Positions 1 to 9,557 of a DNA stretch of 64,000 nucleotides are shown here, in pieces (positions within the stretch are counted from its first letter, which is position 1; every line of letters starts with the position of its first letter). Below the pieces are notes generated by a model. It was given only the letters and a program-made list of their open reading frames with translations, made no database searches and was not told the DNA's origin. Both the position numbers and the translations under genes were made by a program. Where the stretch lies: IMG/VR virus record IMGVR_UViG_3300035703_000010, positions 124,001-188,000 of that record; one strand, given 5' to 3'.

Positions 1-846
1 ACACCAGCCACCGATGGGTCCGCCACTCCTTCGAATGATTCTCCTCAACAATCAAATGCTGGTAAAAATTTACAGGCTTTGGTTACTGTTAATGATGCAA
101 CTAAAAAGTTTATATCTGATCTTTCTAAGACATCAACGCAAGCTTTTGCAGATAACCTTAGAGGTTTAAGTATTCCTTATAACTCTAGTCATGTTGCTCA
201 AGGAATAACATTAGTTGATAATTCCAATAGAAACAATGGAAAAACCTTAGAAACAGTTGCTGATGATGACGTTTCTAATCCTTCATATTATGGAAAAAAT
301 CGTGCTCCTTTTAGAAATACAACAATAAAAGTTTTAGGGGTACAAGAATTTGACTATTTAATTTCTGTAGAATATTTCAATATGAAATTAATGAAAATGG
401 TAGAATCAAGAAATCTCATCACACCTCAGCAACTATCTGTATTAGTGAACAGTTCTATAGGCGTAAAAAATGCCTTAAATGAAAGGTTAAATACCCAACC
501 TCAAAACGTTGCCATTTCTGGATATAATAGCATCGTATCATTTATGCAAGAGAACACGAACGCAATTGTTCGTTCTTTTGAATCCGCAGGAGGAAAAGGA
601 CTTGCCGGTGTTATCGAGTCTATGAATTTTGATTGGTACAGCCAAACAACATGGGAGATAGCCCCTGGATCAACTGCTCCAAAAATGTGTAAGGTAACGG
701 TTAACTTCTCACCGATACATGATATCACACCAGGTATTGATCACATGGGTTATAATCGTGCACCGGTATATTCAGTTGGTAATGCCATGAATTCCACAAC
801 TCCGAATCAAGTTTCTGCGAACACGGTAGAGAAATCATCTAAGTAA
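1..846 (+). CDS. Partial (5'-truncated) virion protein, probably baseplate or tail-tube-initiator-like
   Basis: Frame +1 is open from base 1 to the TAA at 846. The C-terminus GLAGVIESMNFDW...APKMCKVTVNFSPIHD resembles tube-fold baseplate proteins of large myoviruses, and it lies next to a LysM-like wedge gene. Confidence 0.5.
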   Translation, partial: TPATDGSATPSNDSPQQSNAGKNLQALVTVNDATKKFISDLSKTSTQAFADNLRGLSIPYNSSHVAQGITLVDNSNRNNGKTLETVADDDVSNPSYYGKNRAPFRNTTIKVLGVQEFDYLISVEYFNMKLMKMVESRNLITPQQLSVLVNSSIGVKNALNERLNTQPQNVAISGYNSIVSFMQENTNAIVRSFESAGGKGLAGVIESMNFDWYSQTTWEIAPGSTAPKMCKVTVNFSPIHDITPGIDHMGYNRAPVYSVGNAMNSTTPNQVSANTVEKSSK

Positions 847-866
847 AGTAATTACTTACAATAAAA

Positions 867-1166
867 ATGGCAATTTTCAGTCGATATAAAAACGATCCTT
901 CATTAGGCTTTGGGTTTCAATATGGAACATCAACTTCGATATCTGCTGTAAGAAGCGCAATCAATGAAGGATTCATACCCATCGTAAAGACGATAGTTTT
1001 GACTGAAAATCAAAGGCTTGATCAACTTGCTGCGATATATTACAAAGATGCAAGATTTTGGTGGGTTTTGGCCGCAGGTTCAGACATAGGATGGGGATTA
1101 CAAGTTCCTCCTGGAACGATAATAAACATACCTGACATCAACGCCGTCGCCGCAATCGTGACTTGA
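867..1166 (+). CDS. LysM-like baseplate wedge / tail protein X-like protein
   Basis: Motif RLDQLAAIYYKDARFWWVLAA...PGTIINIP is typical of gp53/tail-X LysM-fold proteins. Confidence 0.65.
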   Translation: MAIFSRYKNDPSLGFGFQYGTSTSISAVRSAINEGFIPIVKTIVLTENQRLDQLAAIYYKDARFWWVLAAGSDIGWGLQVPPGTIINIPDINAVAAIVT

Positions 1167-1186
1167 AAAGGTTGTATAATTGAGCT

Positions 1187-4100
1187 ATGTCAAAAAGCTT
1201 TACAGATAGATTTAGCGCTAACTCTAACTATCAAGACGTGTATGCCGATTTTTCTTTTCCACAAGAACAAGACAAAGGATTAAGAGATCTTATAAGCATT
1301 CTGTTTCCTACATCTGCAGCTGGATTTTTAGATGCAAAACAAATTTGGGAAAAATTTAAAAATTTAGGATCGACATCGCCTTCATCAGGACAAACTATTG
1401 ATAATAAAAAGCTTGTATCATCTCTTTTAAGGATGTATCATTATCCTGGAAAGTTAGAAACTAATGGCATACCGCAACAAATAAAAGAATTTTATGCTGA
1501 AGATAACGCTGCAAGACCTTCTGCATATAATGCGTATTCTGAAGAACAGAAAAAAAGTAAAAGCGGATTTGCTGTTGTGGATGGAGATGTTTTAGAACAG
1601 CTATTTAAAATACAGCTGGCTGAAGAGAAATTTCAGTTTAATAGCGTTAATGAAGTTTTGCCCTCGGCGCTGTCTATGATTTTAGTCGATACACCATTGA
1701 TTGATTTGAAATTAAGAAACTGTGATATTGTTTCAACATTTCTTAATTACACACCCGGTATATTTGCTTCTCAGTTAGTACCTTATCTTGAAGCAACTTT
1801 CTCTTTTGAAAGAACAAAAACTGGACAAAGAGATTCGGCAGGAAGAGAAGTTGTAAAATCGAACAAAGTTATGTCTCCATTAACGTTTTTGTTGGGGCAA
1901 GAAGATGCATCTGCGGGTGACAAAGGGGGTTTAACAACTGCAACTTCTCTCATTTATGATTCATATGCAGCGACGAAAACGAAGAAATTTTATTCAACTG
2001 TAAACTTAAGTGAAGATTTTAAAAGGCAATATGCTGAAATTTGGCTCAAATCTGGAGATCAAAATCAGAGACAACAACAAGCAGATGCTTTGTTCCGCGG
2101 CAAGGTAACTTTGACTGATGAATATGCTCAGTCTGGTGAATATACTCAAGTTACAACGACAGGAATGGAAATGTTTACGATGCCACAAACATTAGTGAAC
2201 ATGGAATATGATCAAACAAAAAGGTATGAATCAGTACGTAATTCTACCATGCCTTTTGGTGCGATACAGACTTTCGTTGTTAACGTAACCTCAGCAGGAT
2301 TCGGTGTTTTCTCATATAAGACCGCGAATTTAACTTTAAAAGTATTCGATCGTTCAAGATTAAATGAAATTGCTGATTTTTTAAATCCATCATTGTATAG
2401 TCGAGCAACTATATGGATGACTTATGGGTGGCGTGCACCAGGTCAACCTCAAAGTGCGTCTGCTCGTGATAACAACGGATTTCACACAATGATTAATGAA
2501 AGTATGCTCAAGAAAGAAGCATATAGCATCATAAATACTTCTATTTCCATAGCAGATGATGGTTCATGCACGGTGACATTGAGCTTATGCATGAAATTTT
2601 CTAATGAGCTTTCTGTTGTTTCGTCGACCAGTGCAACTGCTGCGTATGATGTGGTGCAAGATCAGATTAACGACAAGCTAAGAAACATAAAAGATATTGC
2701 AGAACGTCTGGGACTAGGAGGCTCTGGCGCAGCAGACGTAAGAGGAAGCGTTCTTATACAAACTGCGTTAAATGGAAAATTGCCAGAATTAGATGCATCT
2801 GCATTACAAAAAGAGTTTAGTTCATTGGAAACTGCACTAAAAAATGATGCAGGCAACAATCCTGATTTAAAACAATTTCAGTCGTTAATAAAAGAGCTTT
2901 ATTCAGTTGCCGCAGGAGCTGGATCGAATAAATCTTCAGGAGCCGCTGCATTGGAAGGATCAGCAATAAGATCTGCGAATGAAAGGTTCGCGTCCTTAAA
3001 AAAACCAGAGAGTAGAAAATTAGACGTCTGGTCAGTTCCAAACAAAGATGGAAAATTTTCTCAAAATGAAAACATAGATCATCCATTTTATAAGTACTTA
3101 TATAAAGATTTAAACAAAGAAGCTGACACAGGATACGGAAGCTTCGGTGATGTTTCTTTTGCAAGATTATTCGCTACGTATTTTGCATCTGCGATGAAAT
3201 CGCTTGACGGGCTTGGAATCGCAGCTGTTGATGAATATCAAGTTATTTTTTATAGTTTTAACAACTATGCAGGTCCTGTCGCAGCAACGAATATTGGGGA
3301 GTTTCCGATAGATGTATCGACGCTAGAAAAAGCATATGCAGAAGAAGTTACCAAGAAGCGAGGAGAAAACTTTACTCTTTTAAATTTTTTAGAGATCGTT
3401 AGAAATTCACAATTTGGTAACGTTAGGCACAAGGCATTCGGATTTTCTTCATTATATGATGCTGAAGGAAAACTCTTGAAAGACAAAGATGCTGAATTTT
3501 TAAGAAAAAGAATATACAATAACAATTTGGGGGCTGCATTTACGATGCCTGCAGTAGATTTCTACGTTGAATCTTCTACGACTGCAGAAGGAATAAGTCA
3601 AAGAGATCTGTTATCAACCTATGATACAGGGTCCAGGTTGTCGTCAGCTAGCATAAATGGAGCGAAGCAAAACGGATTAAAAAAAATCGTTCGAATACAC
3701 ATTTATGATAAATCTTCGATTCCTCACGATGATGCTTACATGATTCTTCAAGGTCCTGAAGGATTCGTGAGATTAAAAAATGATTGGAGAAATAGAGTAA
3801 AAAATGCTAGCGATAACTTACGAAAACAGTTAGGAAAAGCTCCTGAAGTAGAAGTTACAACAAGTAGGGAAAATACCCAAATTAAATTGAAAGATCCCGA
3901 TGAACAATCAAAAGCCGACAAGGCACGAGCATCTAATGATGCTAGAGAAGCAGCAGCAAGAAAGATAGATGATGAATATCAAAAAGAAATTGAAGCATCA
4001 AAAAAAATCAAAAAGGAGAAACGTCAACAAGAAGCGCGCGAAGCTGCAGAAAGAAACCGAACAAAAAAATTGAGTAAGCTTGCTGCCCCGGTTAATGTTG

Positions 4101-4693
4101 AAGATAATGCCTACGTTGAAACAGTCGAATTACAAAATTTACAAATAAAAAACCAGTTAGGCATACCAAAATTCGAAAACCTGAAAAGGATAATAGCAGA
4201 ATCTGTTCCTACAATAACCGTCGGATCAAACGGAACATTGATAAAAACCATAAATTATTCCTCTGAACAAGATGCAGCACTGGCAACGATATTCATCATT
4301 CGTTCAAGAACAGAAGGCAAAGATCCAAATGCCGCGAACACTTCTGCACAAGGCGATCTTCCCATGAGAGTAACCCCTGGTCAATTGTCAATGACGACAA
4401 TGGGATGTCCGTTGTTAGAGTACATGCAACAATATTTCATAGATTTAGGAACCGGAACGACGATTGACAATCTTTATAACATAACTGGATTGACTCATAA
4501 TTTTGCTCCTGGAGTATTCACTTCAGATATTAAGTTCACATTTGCCGATGCATATGGAAAGTTCGAAGGCGCGCAAAACGTTGCTACCAAGGTCAACACA
4601 ATTGTTCGAAAGCTTGTTAATCAAATTGATGACGAAAAATCCGTTGCTGCCAAAAACGGAGGCCCAAAGAAAAAAAAGAAGCAGGCCCCGTAA
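1187..4693 (+). CDS. Large virion protein, probably baseplate hub (gp27/gpD-like)
   Basis: 1168 aa. Follows the LysM wedge gene. The C-terminus GCPLLEYMQQYFIDLGTGTTIDNLYNITGLTHNFAPGVFTS resembles hub-protein ends. Confidence 0.5.
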   Translation: MSKSFTDRFSANSNYQDVYADFSFPQEQDKGLRDLISILFPTSAAGFLDAKQIWEKFKNLGSTSPSSGQTIDNKKLVSSLLRMYHYPGKLETNGIPQQIKEFYAEDNAARPSAYNAYSEEQKKSKSGFAVVDGDVLEQLFKIQLAEEKFQFNSVNEVLPSALSMILVDTPLIDLKLRNCDIVSTFLNYTPGIFASQLVPYLEATFSFERTKTGQRDSAGREVVKSNKVMSPLTFLLGQEDASAGDKGGLTTATSLIYDSYAATKTKKFYSTVNLSEDFKRQYAEIWLKSGDQNQRQQQADALFRGKVTLTDEYAQSGEYTQVTTTGMEMFTMPQTLVNMEYDQTKRYESVRNSTMPFGAIQTFVVNVTSAGFGVFSYKTANLTLKVFDRSRLNEIADFLNPSLYSRATIWMTYGWRAPGQPQSASARDNNGFHTMINESMLKKEAYSIINTSISIADDGSCTVTLSLCMKFSNELSVVSSTSATAAYDVVQDQINDKLRNIKDIAERLGLGGSGAADVRGSVLIQTALNGKLPELDASALQKEFSSLETALKNDAGNNPDLKQFQSLIKELYSVAAGAGSNKSSGAAALEGSAIRSANERFASLKKPESRKLDVWSVPNKDGKFSQNENIDHPFYKYLYKDLNKEADTGYGSFGDVSFARLFATYFASAMKSLDGLGIAAVDEYQVIFYSFNNYAGPVAATNIGEFPIDVSTLEKAYAEEVTKKRGENFTLLNFLEIVRNSQFGNVRHKAFGFSSLYDAEGKLLKDKDAEFLRKRIYNNNLGAAFTMPAVDFYVESSTTAEGISQRDLLSTYDTGSRLSSASINGAKQNGLKKIVRIHIYDKSSIPHDDAYMILQGPEGFVRLKNDWRNRVKNASDNLRKQLGKAPEVEVTTSRENTQIKLKDPDEQSKADKARASNDAREAAARKIDDEYQKEIEASKKIKKEKRQQEAREAAERNRTKKLSKLAAPVNVEDNAYVETVELQNLQIKNQLGIPKFENLKRIIAESVPTITVGSNGTLIKTINYSSEQDAALATIFIIRSRTEGKDPNAANTSAQGDLPMRVTPGQLSMTTMGCPLLEYMQQYFIDLGTGTTIDNLYNITGLTHNFAPGVFTSDIKFTFADAYGKFEGAQNVATKVNTIVRKLVNQIDDEKSVAAKNGGPKKKKKQAP

Positions 4694-4708
4694 CAATAGA
4701 AATAACGA

Positions 4709-4737
4709 TTGTAAAGATTCGTTATTCATGTTATGTT
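4709..4737 (+). promoter_or_regulatory. Putative sigma70-like promoter
   Basis: TTGTAA (4709-4714), 17 nt spacer, TATGTT (4732-4737), ending 6 nt before the ATG at 4744. Confidence 0.35.
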
Positions 4738-4743
4738 TGTACC

Positions 4744-5934
4744 ATGGATGTCGTTATAGGATCATCATTACTTGGATCTAAAAAGAGTTTGTTGACTTCT
4801 GATGAAGGATTCACGTGGATCGATAAAGAAAAAAACGATACGTGGTTCTTGTCAGGCGAGTTGAAGCAAAGTTTTGGGTTTTGTCTTGACACGGTCTTCA
4901 AATTAGAAAGCTTGCCTCCTGTTCCATCTGTTCATGAAAAATATAAGAAATCGATGTCATTATTGATGAAAGGTTCTCCTCCGTGGTCGATGATTCTTCC
5001 AAAGGATGAATACAGGCATTTCTTTAATGACGTTATGTCGTATGTAAAGACACATGAAAACGTTTCGAAAGATTATTATAAGAATTCCTGGGTACCTGGA
5101 AATGCTGTTTTAAATTTGATTAAGCCTGCCAAAACAGACGCTAATAAGATTAATGACATCATTCAAGCTTCTGCGGTAAACTCTCAAGTTGTAGAATCTT
5201 TTCGCCCAAGGTCAGGAGGGTATGCATCACCTATCGTTTATGATCGATTTGGAACTGTTACAGGTCGTCTTGTTGCATCTTCTGGACCAAACATTCTATT
5301 GTTAAAAAAAGATTACCGACAGATACTAAAGCCATCTCATCCTGATGGCAGGATAGTATCACTTGATTTTTCGTCTTTGGAAGCTAGAATTTTGTTGTAT
5401 GAATCAGGAAAAGATTGTTTAGAATTTGATCTATACGAGATGTTATCCAAAAGGTTTGGAGGTCTTCCAAGACAGATGGTGAAAGCTGCCGTATTGTCTG
5501 TGTTATACGGATCTTCAAAATCTTCTGTTGCTCTTCATTTAGGGGTATCAGAAGACAAGATAGCAAAGCTGATTCTTCAGATTGAAGAATACATCGATAC
5601 TCGTTCTCTTTTGAAGAGGCTAAAAAAAGAGCATAAAGAAACAGGGTACATCAAAAACAAATTTGGTAGAAAAATTCCTGTTGACCGTACACAGGACAAC
5701 ATATTCATCAATTACTATGCTCAAAGCACAGGAGTTGATGTTTCTTTGATGGGATTTTCAAAGATCATGGAAACTCTAGGGACGAATGGCGTAAGGCCAA
5801 TCTTCGTCCTTCATGATGCATTATTATTAGATGTCCATCCAGACAGACTACAAGATGTTTCAGACGTTCGTAATGTAAATGTCCTTGGATATGATCAGGC
5901 ATTTCCAGTAAAATTCGAAGAAATTTCAAGATAA
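4744..5934 (+). CDS. Short family A DNA polymerase-like protein (polymerase domain only)
   Basis: Motif A DFSSLEARIL, motif B RQMVKAAVLSVLYG, motif C VLHDAL, and TVTGRL. Only 396 aa. Confidence 0.75.
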   Translation: MDVVIGSSLLGSKKSLLTSDEGFTWIDKEKNDTWFLSGELKQSFGFCLDTVFKLESLPPVPSVHEKYKKSMSLLMKGSPPWSMILPKDEYRHFFNDVMSYVKTHENVSKDYYKNSWVPGNAVLNLIKPAKTDANKINDIIQASAVNSQVVESFRPRSGGYASPIVYDRFGTVTGRLVASSGPNILLLKKDYRQILKPSHPDGRIVSLDFSSLEARILLYESGKDCLEFDLYEMLSKRFGGLPRQMVKAAVLSVLYGSSKSSVALHLGVSEDKIAKLILQIEEYIDTRSLLKRLKKEHKETGYIKNKFGRKIPVDRTQDNIFINYYAQSTGVDVSLMGFSKIMETLGTNGVRPIFVLHDALLLDVHPDRLQDVSDVRNVNVLGYDQAFPVKFEEISR

Positions 5935-5938
5935 AAAC

Positions 5939-5967
5939 TTGTACAGAAATAAAAAAAGAATTACGAT
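5939..5967 (+). promoter_or_regulatory. Putative sigma70-like promoter
   Basis: TTGTAC (5939-5944), 17 nt spacer, TACGAT (5962-5967), upstream of the ATG at 5976. Confidence 0.4.
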
Positions 5968-5975
5968 TCCTCATT

Positions 5976-6593
5976 ATGTCATTAACACCTGAAGAAATTG
6001 CTGCAAATTTTGATAAGTTTCGTTCTCTTTGCGAGAAGCTAGGCGACCGTTCAACTGTTGCATTAGAAATGGTAGACAAACTAGGCGAACAACTAGCTTT
6101 ATGTCCAGCTTCAAGTAGAAAAGAATTTCATGCAGCTTATCCAGGAGGCCTTGTAGAACATTCTCTTCGTGTGTTGTCAAATGCAATGAAGCTTGTCAAG
6201 ACTTATGGATGGGATGTTTCAAAAGAATCATTGATCATTAGCTGCCTGTTTCATGATATTGGTAAGGTAGGTCTTGCAAATGATGACGGAACAGTCACCG
6301 ATTATTATGTTCCTCAGGATTCAGAATGGCACCGCGAGAAACTTGGAGAGTTCTATAAGCACAACAAAGACATGCAGTATATGTCAACTCCTCAACGAAG
6401 CGTTAACATGTGTCAAGCATTCGGTCTCAAGTTGAAAACCGATGAGTATCTTTCAATTTTATTGAATGATGGTTTTGTTCTTGATGAAAACAAACCTTAC
6501 TGTTTGAAGACAAGTCCATTGGTTTTTGCAGTGATGACAGCTGACTATATTTCTACGATGCAAGAAAAAGTCGGCGGTCCCTGGACTCCTTGA
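5976..6593 (+). CDS. HD-domain phosphohydrolase (YhaM-like HD domain)
   Basis: GGLVEHSLRV...LFHDIGKVG...D pattern. Confidence 0.75.
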   Translation: MSLTPEEIAANFDKFRSLCEKLGDRSTVALEMVDKLGEQLALCPASSRKEFHAAYPGGLVEHSLRVLSNAMKLVKTYGWDVSKESLIISCLFHDIGKVGLANDDGTVTDYYVPQDSEWHREKLGEFYKHNKDMQYMSTPQRSVNMCQAFGLKLKTDEYLSILLNDGFVLDENKPYCLKTSPLVFAVMTADYISTMQEKVGGPWTP

Positions 6594-6607
6594 GCATACT
6601 TAATTTC

Positions 6608-6883
6608 ATGAAAGAACAACTTCGTCATTACATCAGGATCATTCTTGATGAAATCATTTCTGAAAATCCTCGTGTAGCATCGCAGCTTGTTGCTGAACCT
6701 CGAAATAAAAGTGCTAAACCTGCTCATGACGAAGAAGATCTTGAAAAAGAAATTGAAGAATTCAGCGGAGTAGGATCTATTCAAGGATTTGCATTGCCTT
6801 TGGGCATGAGTCCTGATATGCCTATTGCTGGTTCAAAGAAGCGAAAAAAGAGTTCAAAGCGTAAAAAGCCAAGTTGGACGTGA
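6608..6883 (+). CDS. Small hypothetical protein with N-terminal 'LRHYIRIILDE' helix and basic tail
   Basis: ATG at 6608 preceded by ATACTTA. Contains IEEFSGVGSIQGFALPLG and a Lys/Arg-rich C-terminus. Confidence 0.55.
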   Translation: MKEQLRHYIRIILDEIISENPRVASQLVAEPRNKSAKPAHDEEDLEKEIEEFSGVGSIQGFALPLGMSPDMPIAGSKKRKKSSKRKKPSWT

Positions 6884-7001
6884 ATAAAAGCGTTGAACAC
6901 AATTAAAAGTTAGTAGTAGGGTAGAACTCACCTGCATGGAGCAGGGAGAAAAAATATTCCTGCTACAAATAGGAATAGGAAACGGAAAAGGAAAAAATAT
7001 T

Positions 7002-7838
7002 ATGGCAATTGATCTAGAAGCAATTAAGCGTCGTGTGGCTGAGCTTTCAGGTGTGAAGAAGACATCATCTGTCCAACTATGGAAGCCAAGTCTTGGTGAA
7101 CACAAGATTCGATGTCTTCCATGGAAGAATTCACCTGATGGGCAACCTTTTGCTGAGAGGTGGTTCTATTATATCGGCGATAATGCAGGTATTCTTGCAC
7201 CACATCAGTTTGGAAAACCAGATCCAATTAACGATCTTATCAAGAAGCTTTACGGCAGTGGAAAGCCAGATGATCGCGTTCTAGCTAAGAAGCTTGCTCC
7301 AAAGATGCGGTGCTATGCACCAGTCATCGTTCGTGGAGAAGAGGATAAGGGCGTTCAAGTTTGGGCATTTGGAAAGCTTGTTTATCAACGAATGCTTGGG
7401 TTCTTTCTTGATGAGGAGGTTGGTGACATCCTCTCGCCTACTGAAGGTTTTGACTTGAAGGTATCGATTACGAAGCAACCAGGTAAGCAGTTTAATGATA
7501 CAACTGTTGATCCAGCTCGTAGGCCAACTAAGCTTCACGAAGATTCAAAGCAGATGGAAACATGGCTAAATTCAATTCCAAACATTGATGATATGTATCG
7601 TCTAAAGTCGACCCAAGAGATTGAGACTGTCCTTAACAACTGGCTGAATGGCGGGTCTGCTGCAGATGCAACACCAGAAATGTCTAGAGGGATTGTTACT
7701 TCTGATGCTCTTGATGATCTTGTTGCAGAAGTAAAGTCATCTGATTCTAAGCCAGCAGTAAAGAAATCCAAGAAGGATGAAGACACAAAAAAGCAATCGC
7801 TTGATGATGCATTTGCTGACTTGATGAACGACGAGTGA
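7002..7838 (+). CDS. Single-stranded DNA-binding protein, T4 gp32-like
   Basis: Likely start MAIDLEAIKRRV. Core LWKP...IRCLP...FAERWFYY, KGVQVWAFGK, GFDLKV; acidic tail LDDAFADLMNDE; lies just upstream of recA. Confidence 0.8.
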   Translation: MAIDLEAIKRRVAELSGVKKTSSVQLWKPSLGEHKIRCLPWKNSPDGQPFAERWFYYIGDNAGILAPHQFGKPDPINDLIKKLYGSGKPDDRVLAKKLAPKMRCYAPVIVRGEEDKGVQVWAFGKLVYQRMLGFFLDEEVGDILSPTEGFDLKVSITKQPGKQFNDTTVDPARRPTKLHEDSKQMETWLNSIPNIDDMYRLKSTQEIETVLNNWLNGGSAADATPEMSRGIVTSDALDDLVAEVKSSDSKPAVKKSKKDEDTKKQSLDDAFADLMNDE

Positions 7839-7856
7839 TAGATAACTGATCATATA

Positions 7857-7889
7857 AAACGCCGGAGATCAAATAGGTTTCCGGCGTTT
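7857..7889 (+). terminator. GC-rich hairpin between ssb and recA (terminator or processing stem)
   Basis: Perfect 10-bp inverted repeat AAACGCCGGA ... TCCGGCGTTT; only a short T run follows. Confidence 0.5.
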
Positions 7890-7927
7890 GTACTATTCAA
7901 GCACTTTAGGAGATAATAACAAGACAT

Positions 7928-9115
7928 ATGGCTAAAAACAAAGAAGAGAAGACGTCATCGAAAAACAATGAAGTTGATTTTGCCGCAGAATTAATTCGCG
8001 ATATCAACAAAGAATTTGGTACTCGAATCGCCTATAATCTCGCCGAGATGGATGCACCGACTATCGTAAAACGTTGGATCGATACTGGATCAATTCAATT
8101 GAATTACGCAATTAAGAACGCATTTGGAGGTGGATACCCCGAAGGCCGAATCATCGAAATCTCTGGGTTGCCGTCATCAGGCAAGTCTCATTTAGCCTAT
8201 CATGCTGCATCTGTCGTTCAAAAGATGGGCGGGTTAGTCGTATATATCGATACTGAAAACTCTGTACCTGTCCAAAAATTGTCAGACATGGGAATCGACG
8301 TTCGTAAACGTTTTGTTTACTGCGATTCTCACTGTACAGAGGAAGTCTTCTCTATCATCGAGTCGACGATTCTTAAAGCGAAGCAGATCATTGAAAAGAA
8401 TGTTCCCATCTTAGTCATTTGGGATTCAGTTGCTGCGACGTCTCCAAAAGCCGAGCTTGATGGAGAGTATGATCAAAATTCGATTGGTCTACAAGCCCGA
8501 GCGATTTCAAAAGGTATGAGAAAGATCACTGGAGTCATTGGGCAGAATAACGTCACTCTATTGTGCCTTAATCAGCTTCGCGATAATATCGGCGTGATGC
8601 ATGGTGATCCCGCTGTAACTCCAGGTGGTAAGGCGATTCCCTTCCATTCTTCTGTTCGTATTCGACTTGGTAGTGGAAATCAAGTCAAAGACAAGAACGG
8701 AAACCCAATTGGCATTCATACGACTGTAACAATTAAGAAAAATAAAGTTGCTGCTCCATTCAGAAAGATGGAGTTTGACATCATCTTTGGTAAGGGAATC
8801 GTCGAAGATGAATACCTTTTTGATGAATGTAGATCACACTGCAAAGAAAATGGTCCTGTTAAACGCAAGGGACATGCTATCAATATTTCAGGCGAAGGTG
8901 CATGGAAGGAATTGAGCGTTGTAGATGAAAAAACAGGCGAAGTCGTATTAGAAAAGAAATTTTATAAATCTGACTTTGGATCTTTGATGAGAGATGAAGT
9001 TCATGGTCCTTTCATCATGGAAGTAGTTGATTGTGCTCTTACGTTGACGACAGGTCCTGCAGCTGAATCAGATAGTGATGATAACGTTACAGATGATGGA
9101 GGTTCAGATGAGTGA
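7928..9115 (+). CDS. recA: RecA/UvsX recombinase
   Basis: Walker A GLPSSGKS, IDTENS, Walker B VIWDSVAA, NQLR, TPGGKAIPFHSSVRI, KNKVAAPF. Confidence 0.95.
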   Translation: MAKNKEEKTSSKNNEVDFAAELIRDINKEFGTRIAYNLAEMDAPTIVKRWIDTGSIQLNYAIKNAFGGGYPEGRIIEISGLPSSGKSHLAYHAASVVQKMGGLVVYIDTENSVPVQKLSDMGIDVRKRFVYCDSHCTEEVFSIIESTILKAKQIIEKNVPILVIWDSVAATSPKAELDGEYDQNSIGLQARAISKGMRKITGVIGQNNVTLLCLNQLRDNIGVMHGDPAVTPGGKAIPFHSSVRIRLGSGNQVKDKNGNPIGIHTTVTIKKNKVAAPFRKMEFDIIFGKGIVEDEYLFDECRSHCKENGPVKRKGHAINISGEGAWKELSVVDEKTGEVVLEKKFYKSDFGSLMRDEVHGPFIMEVVDCALTLTTGPAAESDSDDNVTDDGGSDE

Positions 9116-9557
9116 ACGAATCACAAATCCAATTTGGGTCAAAGTTTTAACAGATGATGATTCCCAAATACCAGCTTATCAAACACCAGGTTCTGCTGCT
9201 TGTGATTTAAAGTCAACAGATGATGTTGTCATCCCACCAGGATCTAGGTTTGTGGTTGGAACTGGCATCAAATTAGAGATTCCTAGCGGATTTGGAGCAA
9301 TGGTTTGTTCTAGATCAGGATTAGCTGCAAAGAACGGTATTCAAGTATTGAATGCTCCTGGTATCATTGACACCGACTATAGAGGAGAGATAAAGGTAAT
9401 TCTGCACAACTCAGGTCAGTCAGAGTTTATTGTTAAAAAAGGCGATAGGATTGCACAACTTTTATTTTTTCCCATTTTTCAAGCCATCTTTCAAAAGGCA
9501 AAGTCAGTAACTGAAACCGTCAGAGGCGAAGGCGGATTTGGTAGCACAGGAGTTTGA
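9108..9557 (+). CDS. dut: Trimeric dUTPase
   Basis: GSAACDL, SRSGLA, GIIDTDYRGEI, GDRIAQL, RGEGGFGSTG. Likely ATG at 9108. Confidence 0.95.
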   Translation: MSERITNPIWVKVLTDDDSQIPAYQTPGSAACDLKSTDDVVIPPGSRFVVGTGIKLEIPSGFGAMVCSRSGLAAKNGIQVLNAPGIIDTDYRGEIKVILHNSGQSEFIVKKGDRIAQLLFFPIFQAIFQKAKSVTETVRGEGGFGSTGV

